A DNA stretch of 64,000 bases, taken from positions 1 through 64,000 of the IMG/VR virus record IMGVR_UViG_3300020122_000089, one strand, 5' to 3'. Shown here piece after piece: positions 38,241 to 49,008 of the stretch (positions are counted from its first letter, which is position 1; every line of letters begins with the position of its first letter). The DNA is from a virus. The position numbers and the translations under genes were made by a program. The notes below the pieces were generated by a model. That model was not told the DNA's origin. It ran no database searches and was given only the letters and a program-made list of their open reading frames with translations.

Positions 38241-39623
38241 CTACCGCCAATCTATATCATACGTACCGTCAGCTTTGCGGGCTTTTATCACTCCGGTTTT
38301 ACCGTCTTTAGATTTGACAGCACGCCCTATGTTTTGGTCGTGTAAATTTGCAGAACCTGACGCCTTCTGTCTTTGCGCTAACTTAGCCGCTCGCATCGTT
38401 GCTTTTTCTTGTTCTATTGCGGCTTCGTTTGCCTGCTGCTGTTCGGGAGGGGCAAATACCGATACTTTATGCTTTGCTCTCGCATCTTTGTCGATTTGCT
38501 TTTCTTCTGAATCAGTGAGGCGTTGCTCTGAAACGGCACGGTTGGCTGAGGCAATGCCTTCGCGACTCTTAATGCCAGCCTCAGAACGTGCGTTGCGACC
38601 TGCTTCTTTTGTCGCCTCTGAGGAGGTTACGCCCGTCTGTTTTACCTCACCAGTCTGGAGGTTTAGAACACCAACACCAAAGTTCTTATCCACGACCTGC
38701 TTAATCGCGCCTGGGAGGAATTTAGGATCAATGTTTTCGGCGTTAGGGATTCCAGCCTTCTCAGCCATCGCTATGAGCCCATCTGGATCACCGTTTAACG
38801 CGCCACTATTATACGCCTTGATGAAGTTTTCAAAAGGAACATTAGCGTACTTCTCACGAATACCTTGAAGTCGGGCCGAGGTAATGTCTTTATAGGTTTG
38901 CGCACGGTCTTGAGCGACACCTAAACGCCCAAATGCTAGAGCATTCATGTAATCGCGATTCAAAGCGGTAGGGCCTCGAAGGCCAGTCATTGGGTCGATC
39001 CCCGTAAGGCCTTCTAGCTCTTGAGCACGTTTTAGCTGTGCTTGTCTTTGCTGTTCTTCTATCTGAGATGCTTGGGCTAAAGCGGGAAGATGTGACCGGT
39101 AGAAAGCTCGGTTAACGGTGGAAGGATCTACGCCACCATAAATAGCACCACCGAGCCCACCCATGAGAAGGCCCTTTCCAATTCCAGCAAGATGAGCTTT
39201 TAACCCATGTACGTCAGGGGGTGTATAAGCGCTCGCCTGCGCAAAGCGTTGTTCGGCGGGGCCGGGTTGATATAAAGACCTAAGATTAGCGGCCTGCTTC
39301 ATGTATTCTTGCGGGATTGGTTCACCCTGCCCGCCTACAGTACCACCTTGCGCCATTGCGGCAAGAGCGTTCATTAACCCCATGCGGTTTGCCATTTGAG
39401 GATCGGGGCCTGTAATACCTGGGATTTGTTGCGCACCACCACCGCCGTTCATGTCATACCCTGATTGTTGCTGAGGCGCCGCCACTGAGGCGCCCATGCC
39501 GGGAGGTGGGCCTCCGTACTGAGAAGGATCTGAAAATAATGTCACCGGTGGTAGTTGCGCGCCGGCGAGACGGGCAGCACCGCCCCAAGGGTCGGCAGGA
39601 TCAGCGGTAGGATCGTATGGCAT
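38241..39623 (-). CDS. Putative internal virion (ejection) protein
   Basis: P/G/Q-rich N-terminus, helical body, position in the ejection cluster. Confidence 0.6.
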   Translation of the reverse strand: MPYDPTADPADPWGGAARLAGAQLPPVTLFSDPSQYGGPPPGMGASVAAPQQQSGYDMNGGGGAQQIPGITGPDPQMANRMGLMNALAAMAQGGTVGGQGEPIPQEYMKQAANLRSLYQPGPAEQRFAQASAYTPPDVHGLKAHLAGIGKGLLMGGLGGAIYGGVDPSTVNRAFYRSHLPALAQASQIEEQQRQAQLKRAQELEGLTGIDPMTGLRGPTALNRDYMNALAFGRLGVAQDRAQTYKDITSARLQGIREKYANVPFENFIKAYNSGALNGDPDGLIAMAEKAGIPNAENIDPKFLPGAIKQVVDKNFGVGVLNLQTGEVKQTGVTSSEATKEAGRNARSEAGIKSREGIASANRAVSEQRLTDSEEKQIDKDARAKHKVSVFAPPEQQQANEAAIEQEKATMRAAKLAQRQKASGSANLHDQNIGRAVKSKDGKTGVIKARKADGTYDIDWR

Positions 39624-39652
39624 TGCTTTATCCTATGAATCTTCCGGAAGAA

Positions 39653-40159
39653 TTAAGACGCCTTTGATAGATACGCTTCGAGATTGAAGATTTGTTTACA
39701 ATTTGAGCAGGCGATTAAATGCGCCTGCTTGTGAAATATCTTTGCTGACGTTACACCGCCATCTGTATCGTGATCTACGAAACCGCTGAGTACAAGCACC
39801 ATCCTAGCGGGCGATTGAAATGTCTCTTTACAAAACATACATTCATATTCATGTTCACGCATTGCATAAGCGCCCTCTTTTGCCGCGATTGCGTCTTTTA
39901 ACGACGCCGCATGTCCATCAGGGTCATTAGTATGATGCGCTGCTGCGTTTATAAGTTCAAGCTGATAATGCGCTGAGGCGATTGCTTTAGCCCTGCTATC
40001 GGTGAATACATAAGGATGATTTAATGATTGCTGTTGACGTTCTTCTGCTAATGCGGATTCAAATTCACGAAGAAGCTCAACGCCATCCTCTTCTTCTTTA
40101 TCATTTAGAATAGAGAGGATTTTGAATCTAAGATCGTTTGCGCGTTGCGTTATATCCAT
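39653..40159 (-). CDS. Hypothetical protein with CxxC...CxxC
   Basis: ORF in operon. Confidence 0.55.
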   Translation of the reverse strand: MDITQRANDLRFKILSILNDKEEEDGVELLREFESALAEERQQQSLNHPYVFTDSRAKAIASAHYQLELINAAAHHTNDPDGHAASLKDAIAAKEGAYAMREHEYECMFCKETFQSPARMVLVLSGFVDHDTDGGVTSAKIFHKQAHLIACSNCKQIFNLEAYLSKAS

Positions 40160-42757
40160 TTAGGTTCCAATGAATCCGCCTACGGCAGGAACGTCGCCAC
40201 CACCGCCACTGCCAAATTGCTGCTGCCCACCAATCCCACCGGTAGGGACTACGCTGAAAGGCTCTGATGCAACAGGATTTCCCGCTGTAATGCCTAAAGA
40301 ATTAGTGTTGCGCTCTTTTAGGTTCTTCCTTACAAACTGTACGGGGGTTTTACCCGTAACCTGCATCACCCTTGCGATTTGTAAGTATGGGCCTGCCGTG
40401 TTTATAGTAGTCGAAGTGCGGAAACAAAGATAAGTGTCCTTCGCCGTGAAGGCATCCGCTCTAATCATTGCCGTAGCTTCTACATAGAGAGGGGTGGTGG
40501 TGAATAGTGTACTTCCAAGCGAGATAATATCAGACTGCTGGACGGCAGCATGGACGGTTTGTACGGTCGCCGTTCCGCTAAGGTTTGGCGTTACTTCAAA
40601 CGACTGATCGTTTGTAATTGAAAGGACGGTGCGGACGTCATTGTTGATCGCCACCTCAGCGCCTACCCTTAGTTCGGAGGTTGCAAGACCTAATCCGTTG
40701 TGTGAATTAACGGTATGGAGGTTCGCGTTTATATCCCAAGTGTCTGTCAAATCAAAAAGACTCGCCAGTAATAGGTCGAGATTAGCGGTTAAGCTGCTAT
40801 TAGAGGATAAGAAGAAGGTCCAACTCTTGAAATCGCCTCTTACGATGTTGGTGAATAAATCCTGTATAATGTACGCCTTATTTGCGGCGGAATCATTTTG
40901 ACGCCAAAACGCTAAGTGGTTCGCTTGATCCCACCGGCCACGAGTGCTACCGGTTCCAATTCCAACAAATCCGCCCGTGGATATTCGCCACTGCTGCCAA
41001 TTGCCCATGGTGGTAGGGGTAGTGCCATCGTCGTTTGTAAAATCGCCATTCCATAGATCGTTGTCAAATGCCGTGTTAGGCGAATAATCAATCTGTCCAC
41101 TCAGGGCTGGTATCGCCACAGAGGCCGCGCTTGTAGTTTGACCAACTGAGTTAGTCAGTCGAAATTGGCATATAAGCTGGACGTCGCCAAACAGTTTCCT
41201 TAATCGTTTTAGCGAAATTGGAATGCTTACTATGGTACCACGATCCGTCACATCGTAAAATACTACACCTGCGGCGCTAGTTGGGTTATCCAACTAGTTT
41301 AGATTCAAGCTAGTAGTCGCTGCAAAATCCGAGATGTTTAACTCTACCAATTTAACAGAAGCGATATTCGTAGCGTTCGCCATTGGCAGCTTGCAATGTA
41401 ATTTGCCTCTTACAAAGAAAAACTTGGGCGCATCTGGAAGAACCGGCGCCGTTAAGTCCGCCGGTATATCGTCTGGTACGCCTGTCGAAAAAGAGGCTCG
41501 GGTAAATGTAAGCTGTAATCCACCTATCGCGGTAATTACCACCTGTAGATCGTAAGTCTGAGATGGCTTGAACCTTGCGCCATCTGCGATAACTATAGAT
41601 TGGGCACCTGCGACTACTAATTCATTATGTTTCAAGGTGGTTTTGTCTATAAAAAGAACATAAGCACCTACACTTTCAGAAGATAGCTTCCGGAAGACTT
41701 TGACATTTTTAGGCGCCACTGGCGTTGCAGGTTGCGTAAAATTTAAGGTTAACTTAGCCGCCTTTGAAGTGTAAGGAGGCGTTGTACTATCTATTGAAAG
41801 ACTTGGGCTAGTCAGTAGTGTAGGGTCAACTGAAAACCCTCCGGCTGAAAAAGTGCATCCACCGCCCGTACTTACGGATTTGTCATTTCCAATCCAGGTG
41901 ATGTTTGCGGTCCAGTTTATTTGATCGCCTGGAATGTATCCTGTCTGTGTGATGTCTACAAATCCTCGATTAACCTTAGTTGGGGAGTTTGGATCTACCT
42001 GTGTTAGCTCAACGCCATTCAAAACGTGTGTAATATGCTTTGCAACGAAACTACCTGATTTAGCCACTACCACGACGGTATCAGAATTTGAAGCACCCCA
42101 CGTTTGGGCATTACCAGATGCGTCGAGTGGTGCCCAAACCCTGTAAGTAACAATTGCTTTATAGTCTAGGTTTGGGTCTAATCCGTTTGCTGCAATTGCG
42201 CCTCCGACTATGCCACCCGTTATCCCTTGTATAAGTCCGCAGTTAGGATCCGATGGAACGCCAAACAGTGACCCTAACGAAAACGTAATGAGATAATCAG
42301 ATTCGTTTCTTGGTGAATCAGGAAAATCAATCGCAGGATTCTGTGTTCTCGCTCCATTTGAGTCTACAGAAACGAGCTTGATACAGCCATATTTCTTCCC
42401 TGCGTATAGCGGGATTGGAAAATCAAAGTCAAATACTGGCGGCGTCGGGGATGGTATTTCAATGTCGGCCGAGTTTATTCGCCATGTCACTGTGACGGGA
42501 CTACCGGTACCTGTATACTCTTCTAATACCACCTTGAGCTTATTAGTATTGAACGGAACTGCACATCTGAGAGTTACTATTACCCTGCCGTTTTTGCCAG
42601 GCTTTGTAGCCACAGGCCACGGGCCTATAGGCGTTAGGTCTGTAGGATTGCCCGCACCAGTAGTTCCTGTGCTTGAAGATTGCGCTGCAATTTGCTGGCG
42701 CAGGTCCTCAAGCATGTTCTGCGTCGTTGGATAATCTATGTCGCCGCCTATACCCAT
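40160..42757 (-). CDS. Beta-rich tail protein, probably one ~865-aa gene interrupted by TAG at 41294-41296
   Basis: ORFs 41294..42757 and 40160..41293 abut in frame; no RBS before the TTG. Confidence 0.6.
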
Positions 42758-42764
42758 TTCCTAC

Positions 42765-42793
42765 TTGACCTTTTGACGTAAATATGTTATATT
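42765..42793 (+). promoter_or_regulatory. Leaderless sigma70 promoter
   Basis: TTGACC-17-TATATT-8-ATG. Confidence 0.75.
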
Positions 42794-42801
42794 AAACACC
42801 G

Positions 42802-43704
42802 ATGACCAGAATACATACATTAAACGAGTCGCGTTTTGCACGGGTGGATTCTGAGGATGCGGCCTATTGGTTAGGCTTTATTGCCGCTGATGGATGCGTG
42901 ACCGACCAGGGTGATTTCGCCATACAGCTTGCCAGGCAGGATGAATGCCACCTCCATGATTTACGAGATTGGTTTGGCAGTACACACGCCATCAGTCGTA
43001 AAGAACTACCATACCCTTCTTCATCTTTTACATTTCGATCACGTATAATCGCTGATAATCTTGCCAGGTATGGGGTCACCCCTAGAAAATCCATAACCTT
43101 AAATTGGCCGTCAGAATTAAACCCCACCTTATATCGTCATTATATCCGTGGATATGTCGATGGCGGCGGAGGGTTATATTCCGGTAAGGCTCGATCAAAC
43201 CAATCAACCTTCCATTTTAGCGTCATCGCCACTAAAACATTTGCAGATAAGCTACAGTCGGTGCTGATGTCAGAGTGTCGATTAAAGAAAACTAAGCTAG
43301 GTAAAAGTAAGGCTGGAATGGTTATTGTTGAATACGGAGGATTCTTGCAAGTTAAGAGAATTTTTCATTATCTTTACGATGGCGCTACTGTTTATTTATT
43401 GCGTAAACGATTTCCGATTCAATTAGCATTAAGCATGCACGTAAGACCTTCTAGCCAACCAACCGACGAGCAGTATCAAAGGTGCGCAACATTGCCGCAT
43501 GATGAAATTTGCCAACTATATATCGATGGTGATAGCACTGTTGACCTTTCTCGTAAATATAATGTTTCCATTGGCGCTATAACAAGTATAGTAAGGAAAC
43601 ATGGGCTATTAAGATCAACCAAGGAGGGTACGAGACTATACTGGGTAAGAAAGGGTAGCGAAATTCTTCCGGAGGAAATCAAATCCGAACTGGATGTTCT
43701 ATGA
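42802..43704 (+). mobile_element. Free-standing LAGLIDADG homing endonuclease with C-terminal HTH
   Basis: AYWLGFIAADG, YIRGYVDGGG, YLY...LLRK; antisense insertion. Confidence 0.88.
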
Positions 43705-45391
43705 ACAAACCCTCCGCACCCACAACCTGCTTGCCGCCAGCATCGCTACCGCTCATCCCTATTGCAAAACTATGAATTTCCTGGATATCTAAATGCTTGA
43801 ACTGGCCTGTTTGATTCGCACCTTGAGAAATGTTTGTTCCTTGCGCATTTGACGTTGAGAGATTAAGATCGCTATAGATATCGAGCCGGTGGGCAACGTC
43901 TGCAATCGACTCGGCGCCTATAAAGGTTTTTCCAAACGCGGCAAAATCACCTGCTTGAAATTGAGATACTAAACTCCAACCTGTACCGCCGCCTGTTTCG
44001 GGGGTGTAAAGATTACCTGCCGAGTCAGAGAACAAAGCCCTTCCGTTTACAGTATCAGTTACCGCTGTAACTATCGAGGCAGGCATGTCCATTGGGGTGT
44101 TCCATTGGGCGAGATAACGATTGTAGGAGATACCGATCGAGCCATTAACATAAAATACACTATCCGATGCGGGGTCGTAACATACCACCACGTTGCCAGC
44201 GGCATACCCGTTAGCAGCAAAAAATTGCATAACAGGGGCGGCGAAAGAGGTTGCTTCGTCGTTCGGGTCGCGATAAGAGCTGCCACCTAAACTGTATCTA
44301 TCTCTGACAGGGCCGCGAGTGCCAAGCCAGGCGTATATCTCACCTCCAACGGTGGCGATTTGATTTGCACTTACCACACCTGTGGTTGGCCAAATTGGGT
44401 AGACGTTTAATGGGCTAATAGTGCTCTGTGATGCTGATACAAGATTCACACTTGAAGCGGTACAAACAAGGACCCGACCTTCAACGCCACTTCCTTTTAC
44501 AGCAGTAATCGTTCCACCGCCGGGAATGAATAATACAAAACTTACGGGATAGGCTTCTGGCTTGTTTGGGTACGAGGGGGATAATCCAGCACCACCATAA
44601 CATCCTGCCGCTACTATGACAGAATTGATTGCAAAACAAAAACCACAGGTGGGCGGAACGCTGAAGGTCTGAGGAGCTAAATCGCCAAGCTGCGCGTCTA
44701 TCCATCCAGGGGTTGTGTCGTTTGGTACTTGAATCGTATATGGAAGAGTCGGAATAGTAGTGTCGTAAAGATGAAAGTAAGGACCGATAGAACCAAACCC
44801 GCGCTTTGTAGCGTAAATGCCTATCTTGTTTGCACCAGCAGGAAGGCCGGGAAGGGCTGTGATATTTATTCCATGATTAGTGACTGATATGACATTTGAA
44901 GGTGCGCTGACGCTCGATTCGCCACCTGTTAAGGACCTGATTCCAGTAACGGCAATTGAATAAGCACCATTGTTATGCCCGGCGACGCCACTATCGGCTA
45001 TTGTTGGCGCGCCTGGTGGTAAGAGGCCAGCAGCTACGGCCGAGCTTCCTGTGTAAATCGTTACCGATCCGCCTTGAACAGCGCCAAGCGTTACGCCGCC
45101 AACCCTTGCAAATCCAGAGCCAGCGAAGAAATAAATTCCATTGCCAAAAGCCTGTACTATACTTCCGCCACCGCTTAACCCTCCATAAGTAGAGGCGACA
45201 TTTAATAGCGGATTCACGCCACCTGAACTAGCAACGGACCCACCAAAGCCTTTCGAGGTAATTAGTAACCCTTTACCACGTACCCATAGATTTTTACCGG
45301 CCAATAGGGTATGTGGTACGCCAAAGATTGGCGCAGTAGAGGGCCAATAGCCGTTTTCAAAGAAAAATCTCGCGGGTATTCTATCGCTCAT
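43679..45391 (-). CDS. Tail/stabilisation (nozzle-like) virion protein
   Basis: 570 aa, beta-rich, G-rich; between adaptor and ejection genes. Confidence 0.6.
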   Translation of the reverse strand: MSDRIPARFFFENGYWPSTAPIFGVPHTLLAGKNLWVRGKGLLITSKGFGGSVASSGGVNPLLNVASTYGGLSGGGSIVQAFGNGIYFFAGSGFARVGGVTLGAVQGGSVTIYTGSSAVAAGLLPPGAPTIADSGVAGHNNGAYSIAVTGIRSLTGGESSVSAPSNVISVTNHGINITALPGLPAGANKIGIYATKRGFGSIGPYFHLYDTTIPTLPYTIQVPNDTTPGWIDAQLGDLAPQTFSVPPTCGFCFAINSVIVAAGCYGGAGLSPSYPNKPEAYPVSFVLFIPGGGTITAVKGSGVEGRVLVCTASSVNLVSASQSTISPLNVYPIWPTTGVVSANQIATVGGEIYAWLGTRGPVRDRYSLGGSSYRDPNDEATSFAAPVMQFFAANGYAAGNVVVCYDPASDSVFYVNGSIGISYNRYLAQWNTPMDMPASIVTAVTDTVNGRALFSDSAGNLYTPETGGGTGWSLVSQFQAGDFAAFGKTFIGAESIADVAHRLDIYSDLNLSTSNAQGTNISQGANQTGQFKHLDIQEIHSFAIGMSGSDAGGKQVVGAEGLFIEHPVRI

Positions 45392-45414
45392 TTTCTTCCG
45401 GAAGAATTATTTTC

Positions 45415-45443
45415 TTGACATCTGATCGGAATTAACATATAGT
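45415..45443 (+). promoter_or_regulatory. sigma70 promoter of a moron
   Basis: TTGACA-17-TATAGT, then hairpin GACGAT/ATCGTC and GGGAGG RBS. Confidence 0.75.
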
Positions 45444-45488
45444 TAATAACGTAGACGATAGGAATCGTCAAAAGGGAGGGAAAGATCG

Positions 45489-45701
45489 ATGTCGTTCAAC
45501 ATTAAAGAAGAAATTGAAAAATTGCCGCTGTCGAAACAGCATGAATTACGTCACATCCTAGCGACCAATAGCTGGCCTGGATGGGACCTACTAAGACTTC
45601 TCGGAGAGGAATCAACATTGATGACCGTCGGTGAAGAATGGGTAGATGACGCTATGGGGTATTTTAATATTCCGCCTCATGGTACATCGTTTACGGGATA
45701 A
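45489..45701 (+). CDS. Small antisense moron protein
   Basis: Own promoter and RBS. Confidence 0.65.
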   Translation: MSFNIKEEIEKLPLSKQHELRHILATNSWPGWDLLRLLGEESTLMTVGEEWVDDAMGYFNIPPHGTSFTG

Positions 45702-46274
45702 TCAAAATAGCTTAGGTCTGTCCATTGGGCGGCCGTTAACCTTTGCGGCCGTCCTTGCGTATTCAATCGCCATAGTGCTGGTTTGTACACCAGAATAAGC
45801 GGCATGGAGTTCGTCTATGTCACCTTCGATTGATTGAACATGGCCGCAAAGATGGCATCTGTTAGCCCAAACCATCCCCCCATGGCTACTAGAGTAGTGG
45901 CGGAATATCCTTTGATAATGCGGATGCTGCTTTAGATCGGGCTCTCTTTCGCCTGCTTCGATTGCCTTTCCATGTTGAACGTAGTCCGTGGTATCAACCA
46001 TGTGAACGCAATCACACCGCTCGCGATCGTCTATTTCTTCGCCGTCTTTTAATGATTGAATGAACTTTAGATTCTCAGGGTCAACTTCTATTACAAGGGC
46101 CTCATTCCAACGCCCCATCCTCATGAGTGCTTCTACAAGCTGGGCGCGGCTGCCTACCTCTTGGCGTTGCGAGACGATGAGAATCTTATCGTCGATAGTG
46201 AGAGACTCCATCTCCGCTAAACTGCGCGGTTCTTCTATCGGCATATATGGTATTTTTTCGCTTGCTTTTGGCAT
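45702..46274 (-). CDS. Hypothetical protein
   Basis: 190-aa ORF on the structural strand. Confidence 0.6.
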   Translation of the reverse strand: MPKASEKIPYMPIEEPRSLAEMESLTIDDKILIVSQRQEVGSRAQLVEALMRMGRWNEALVIEVDPENLKFIQSLKDGEEIDDRERCDCVHMVDTTDYVQHGKAIEAGEREPDLKQHPHYQRIFRHYSSSHGGMVWANRCHLCGHVQSIEGDIDELHAAYSGVQTSTMAIEYARTAAKVNGRPMDRPKLF

Positions 46275-46290
46275 TTGGTTGTGCTATACT
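46262..46290 (+). promoter_or_regulatory. sigma70 promoter, near-leaderless
   Basis: TTGCTT-17-TATACT (TG extended)-10-ATG 46301. Confidence 0.65.
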
Positions 46291-46300
46291 AGCTCGCGTT

Positions 46301-47239
46301 ATGGATAGAAAACTTATTATCGAGGCGATGGACGGTAAATTAGCCGCAATAGCTAAGTGCGAATCCGATCTTCGTGTAAGAGCTGAATTGCGCCAACCGG
46401 AATATCGCCAAGAGGTTCAACGTGAACAAATGATGCTTGAGGCTGGCGAAATATATCGCTGGACGCAAGAAACGATTGGCATAGCAAAGGCTTCGACAGT
46501 AACATTTCCATTAGACGCCAAATTCGACAGGTCTTGGCTTTATACCCCTGCCGGATGGTGGTGGCTTGGTAGGGATGCAAATCTCATCGTGCATTCACCC
46601 GACCCTGCACATAACGGCATGCGCCAGCGTGTTTGCGCTATTTCGTATGGGCTATTTGACGGCGGCGCTGCGGCATTTTTATCTGACCGATCCGCCATTA
46701 AAGATTCGCTCAATAGTAAGCCGCTCGTTCTACTCGGTGCATTTACCTATGACCACCTTGAGAAGCAGATCGGGCCAGTTCCTAGCTGGTACGGATTTTG
46801 GCCAGAAGGCGAAACACTAGAACAGACATTGAAGCGCGAGACTAGCACCCCTGATAAATATCGAATATGGAGTAAAAACGGCATTCAGATTCTACCATTT
46901 TTCGCCGCCGCGAGCCTTTGGCTTCAGCAAAAGATTGTCTCTTTGCAATCTGTCAAGTACGACGGTAAGGGCAATCCGCCACGGCGATTCAGACGTAAGG
47001 ATGCGAAATGGAGCGTTCAAATTATTAGATTGCGCCGGCGTGAAAATATCTCGCAGTCTACTAATTCTCATGGCGATATTGAATGGACGTGTCATTGGGT
47101 CGTTAAAGGCCATTGGCGAAATCAATTTTATCCATCCACAAACACTCATCATCCGATATGGATCGACCCTTACTTAAAAGGCGACGAGACAAAGCCATTA
47201 AAACTTCATCCTGATCGTGTTTACGTAGTACAAAGGTGA
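46301..47239 (+). CDS. Phage protein with HWxVxGHWRNQ...WIxPYxKG C-terminal motif
   Basis: Motif recurrent in phage hypotheticals; antisense moron. Confidence 0.7.
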   Translation: MDRKLIIEAMDGKLAAIAKCESDLRVRAELRQPEYRQEVQREQMMLEAGEIYRWTQETIGIAKASTVTFPLDAKFDRSWLYTPAGWWWLGRDANLIVHSPDPAHNGMRQRVCAISYGLFDGGAAAFLSDRSAIKDSLNSKPLVLLGAFTYDHLEKQIGPVPSWYGFWPEGETLEQTLKRETSTPDKYRIWSKNGIQILPFFAAASLWLQQKIVSLQSVKYDGKGNPPRRFRRKDAKWSVQIIRLRRRENISQSTNSHGDIEWTCHWVVKGHWRNQFYPSTNTHHPIWIDPYLKGDETKPLKLHPDRVYVVQR

Positions 47240-47246
47240 AACCGCC

Positions 47247-47612
47247 ATGCCAATAGATTATGCCGCTATCGCAAAACGTCTTGATGAAAGAAAGAAGATT
47301 TACAATAAGCCGCATCCGTGGGAGGAAGGGTTTTCGATTGAATTGTATGCAATTGATTGGATGGAATACCGCATTCTAAAACTCAATAGAGAATCGGATG
47401 AATATGCTACGTGGTATGAATCCTATCGTGCCAATAATACAATGGGTAGATTCTTCCGAACGCATTGCGGCGTCTCTGCTATTGAATTACTCACAAAACT
47501 TCTTCATGGACAAATCACGCTACCGCACTCCGAACGCACGTTATGTCCTCGATGTAATCTAATCCGTGAACAAAGAAAGATGGCAAAGAATCTAAAGTGG
47601 AGTAAATCATGA
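47247..47612 (+). CDS. Hypothetical protein (second moron gene)
   Basis: Follows the previous gene; CPRC motif. Confidence 0.55.
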   Translation: MPIDYAAIAKRLDERKKIYNKPHPWEEGFSIELYAIDWMEYRILKLNRESDEYATWYESYRANNTMGRFFRTHCGVSAIELLTKLLHGQITLPHSERTLCPRCNLIREQRKMAKNLKWSKS

Positions 47613-47621
47613 TGCCGCTTG

Positions 47622-48236
47622 CTATTGCGATGGTGCGCCAGGTAATTGGGGCGCTGCATCTGCTGTTTCCGCTTGTCTAATTACTTCATTCAATGCGCCG
47701 CTTTCAAGTATAATCGCTGCGCCGATGTCCGCGATATTGTCAAATAATTCCCCGTCAAATACTGCGTCTGTCAAATCCGCCGGAACTTTTTGCCCTACCA
47801 ATTGAATTGAGGTTCCGGCAGGGATACTGCCTAGGTTATCACGGACAAAAAGATTTTGCTCAAAAAAGGTATAGTAGAGGTAGTCATTGTCGGGTATGGG
47901 CGGTGGGTTCATTAGGTCATGATACGTAGGTCTGAATTTAAGTCCAAATCGCACTCCGGTCATGGTAATACGGATGTGTTTTCTAGCCTTACGTGAGAGT
48001 AGTAAGGTAGGTGCTAGATTATGAACAGGCACCTGCCCTGCGTTTAAGGTTAAATCCCATTCGTTTTGAAGAAGTGGAAAGAGATAGTCATCCGCCGCAA
48101 CACGGTCGGCTAGTCTTTGTAGGGCGGTTGGGATAGTGGACTGTATAGAAACGCGCCACAGTTTGCCTTGAGGTTGTGGAAGGCCTTTCGCCAGCCTTAG
48201 CCACACTGTATCTACATATTGCTGTACGGTTGCCAT
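47622..48236 (-). CDS. Putative head-tail adaptor/virion protein
   Basis: Size and position in the structural operon. Confidence 0.5.
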   Translation of the reverse strand: MATVQQYVDTVWLRLAKGLPQPQGKLWRVSIQSTIPTALQRLADRVAADDYLFPLLQNEWDLTLNAGQVPVHNLAPTLLLSRKARKHIRITMTGVRFGLKFRPTYHDLMNPPPIPDNDYLYYTFFEQNLFVRDNLGSIPAGTSIQLVGQKVPADLTDAVFDGELFDNIADIGAAIILESGALNEVIRQAETADAAPQLPGAPSQ

Positions 48237-48254
48237 TTGTTTCTTCCGGGAGAA

Positions 48255-48965
48255 TTAAGCCGCCTGACCTGCCATTTTTGCGGCAATGTTCTCCCTTACC
48301 TGAGAAGGAATCGACCCTTCGCCACTTGCAATTGCGCTTAATCCTTGTTGGAACATTTGACCCCAACCACCCATTGGGCCTACATTTTCCCCTTCCACCG
48401 GAACGGCAAGTGACATAGCGCCACAAGTGACCACCCATCTGTATTCATCTGCCGCTTGACAGGCTGAGGCTTGTGTGAATGTTGGGGCGGTTACATTAAC
48501 ACTCACCGATCCGCCGCCGCTACGAGCGGCTATCAAGGCACCGTTGTGGAAGATGACCTTGCCGTCTGTCGCATAGTGGCAATCGAAGTCTAGCCCTAAT
48601 GGATTAGCCGAGACATGGGTTAATTCGTATTGTATCTCGGCAGGGTCCCATTCGATGCCTGGACGGTTGCCTGGCGCCGTCCCTCCTGTTACCACAAATA
48701 CGACACTCGCCATTGGGCCGGCCATTGCCAATAGGGTGCCGCCATGCGCAAGACCGGATTGGGTGGAGTAGTAGAGGGCCGATCTGCCATTATCCTTATT
48801 TCTAAAGGTGGCCGCGCAGACTATAGCGTCCGCGGTTAGGATTAGGTCGGTAACCTGATTGGTATTCCAACGGGGGTCCACCACCACACCCGAATATTGG
48901 CCAGGGGTGCCGGCATTTAAGAGCGTGATGCAATCCGCGAGGACCGTTGCCAGGCTTACAGCCAT
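48255..48965 (-). CDS. Putative virion adaptor protein
   Basis: MAVSLATV...LLN N-terminus; position. Confidence 0.5.
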   Translation of the reverse strand: MAVSLATVLADCITLLNAGTPGQYSGVVVDPRWNTNQVTDLILTADAIVCAATFRNKDNGRSALYYSTQSGLAHGGTLLAMAGPMASVVFVVTGGTAPGNRPGIEWDPAEIQYELTHVSANPLGLDFDCHYATDGKVIFHNGALIAARSGGGSVSVNVTAPTFTQASACQAADEYRWVVTCGAMSLAVPVEGENVGPMGGWGQMFQQGLSAIASGEGSIPSQVRENIAAKMAGQAA

Positions 48966-48972
48966 TTGCTAC

Positions 48973-49001
48973 TTGACTCCGTTTGGAAATAGTAGTATAA
49001 T
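48973..49001 (+). promoter_or_regulatory. Leaderless sigma70 promoter
   Basis: TTGACT-17-TATAAT-7-ATG. Confidence 0.85.
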
Positions 49002-49008
49002 ATAGCCC

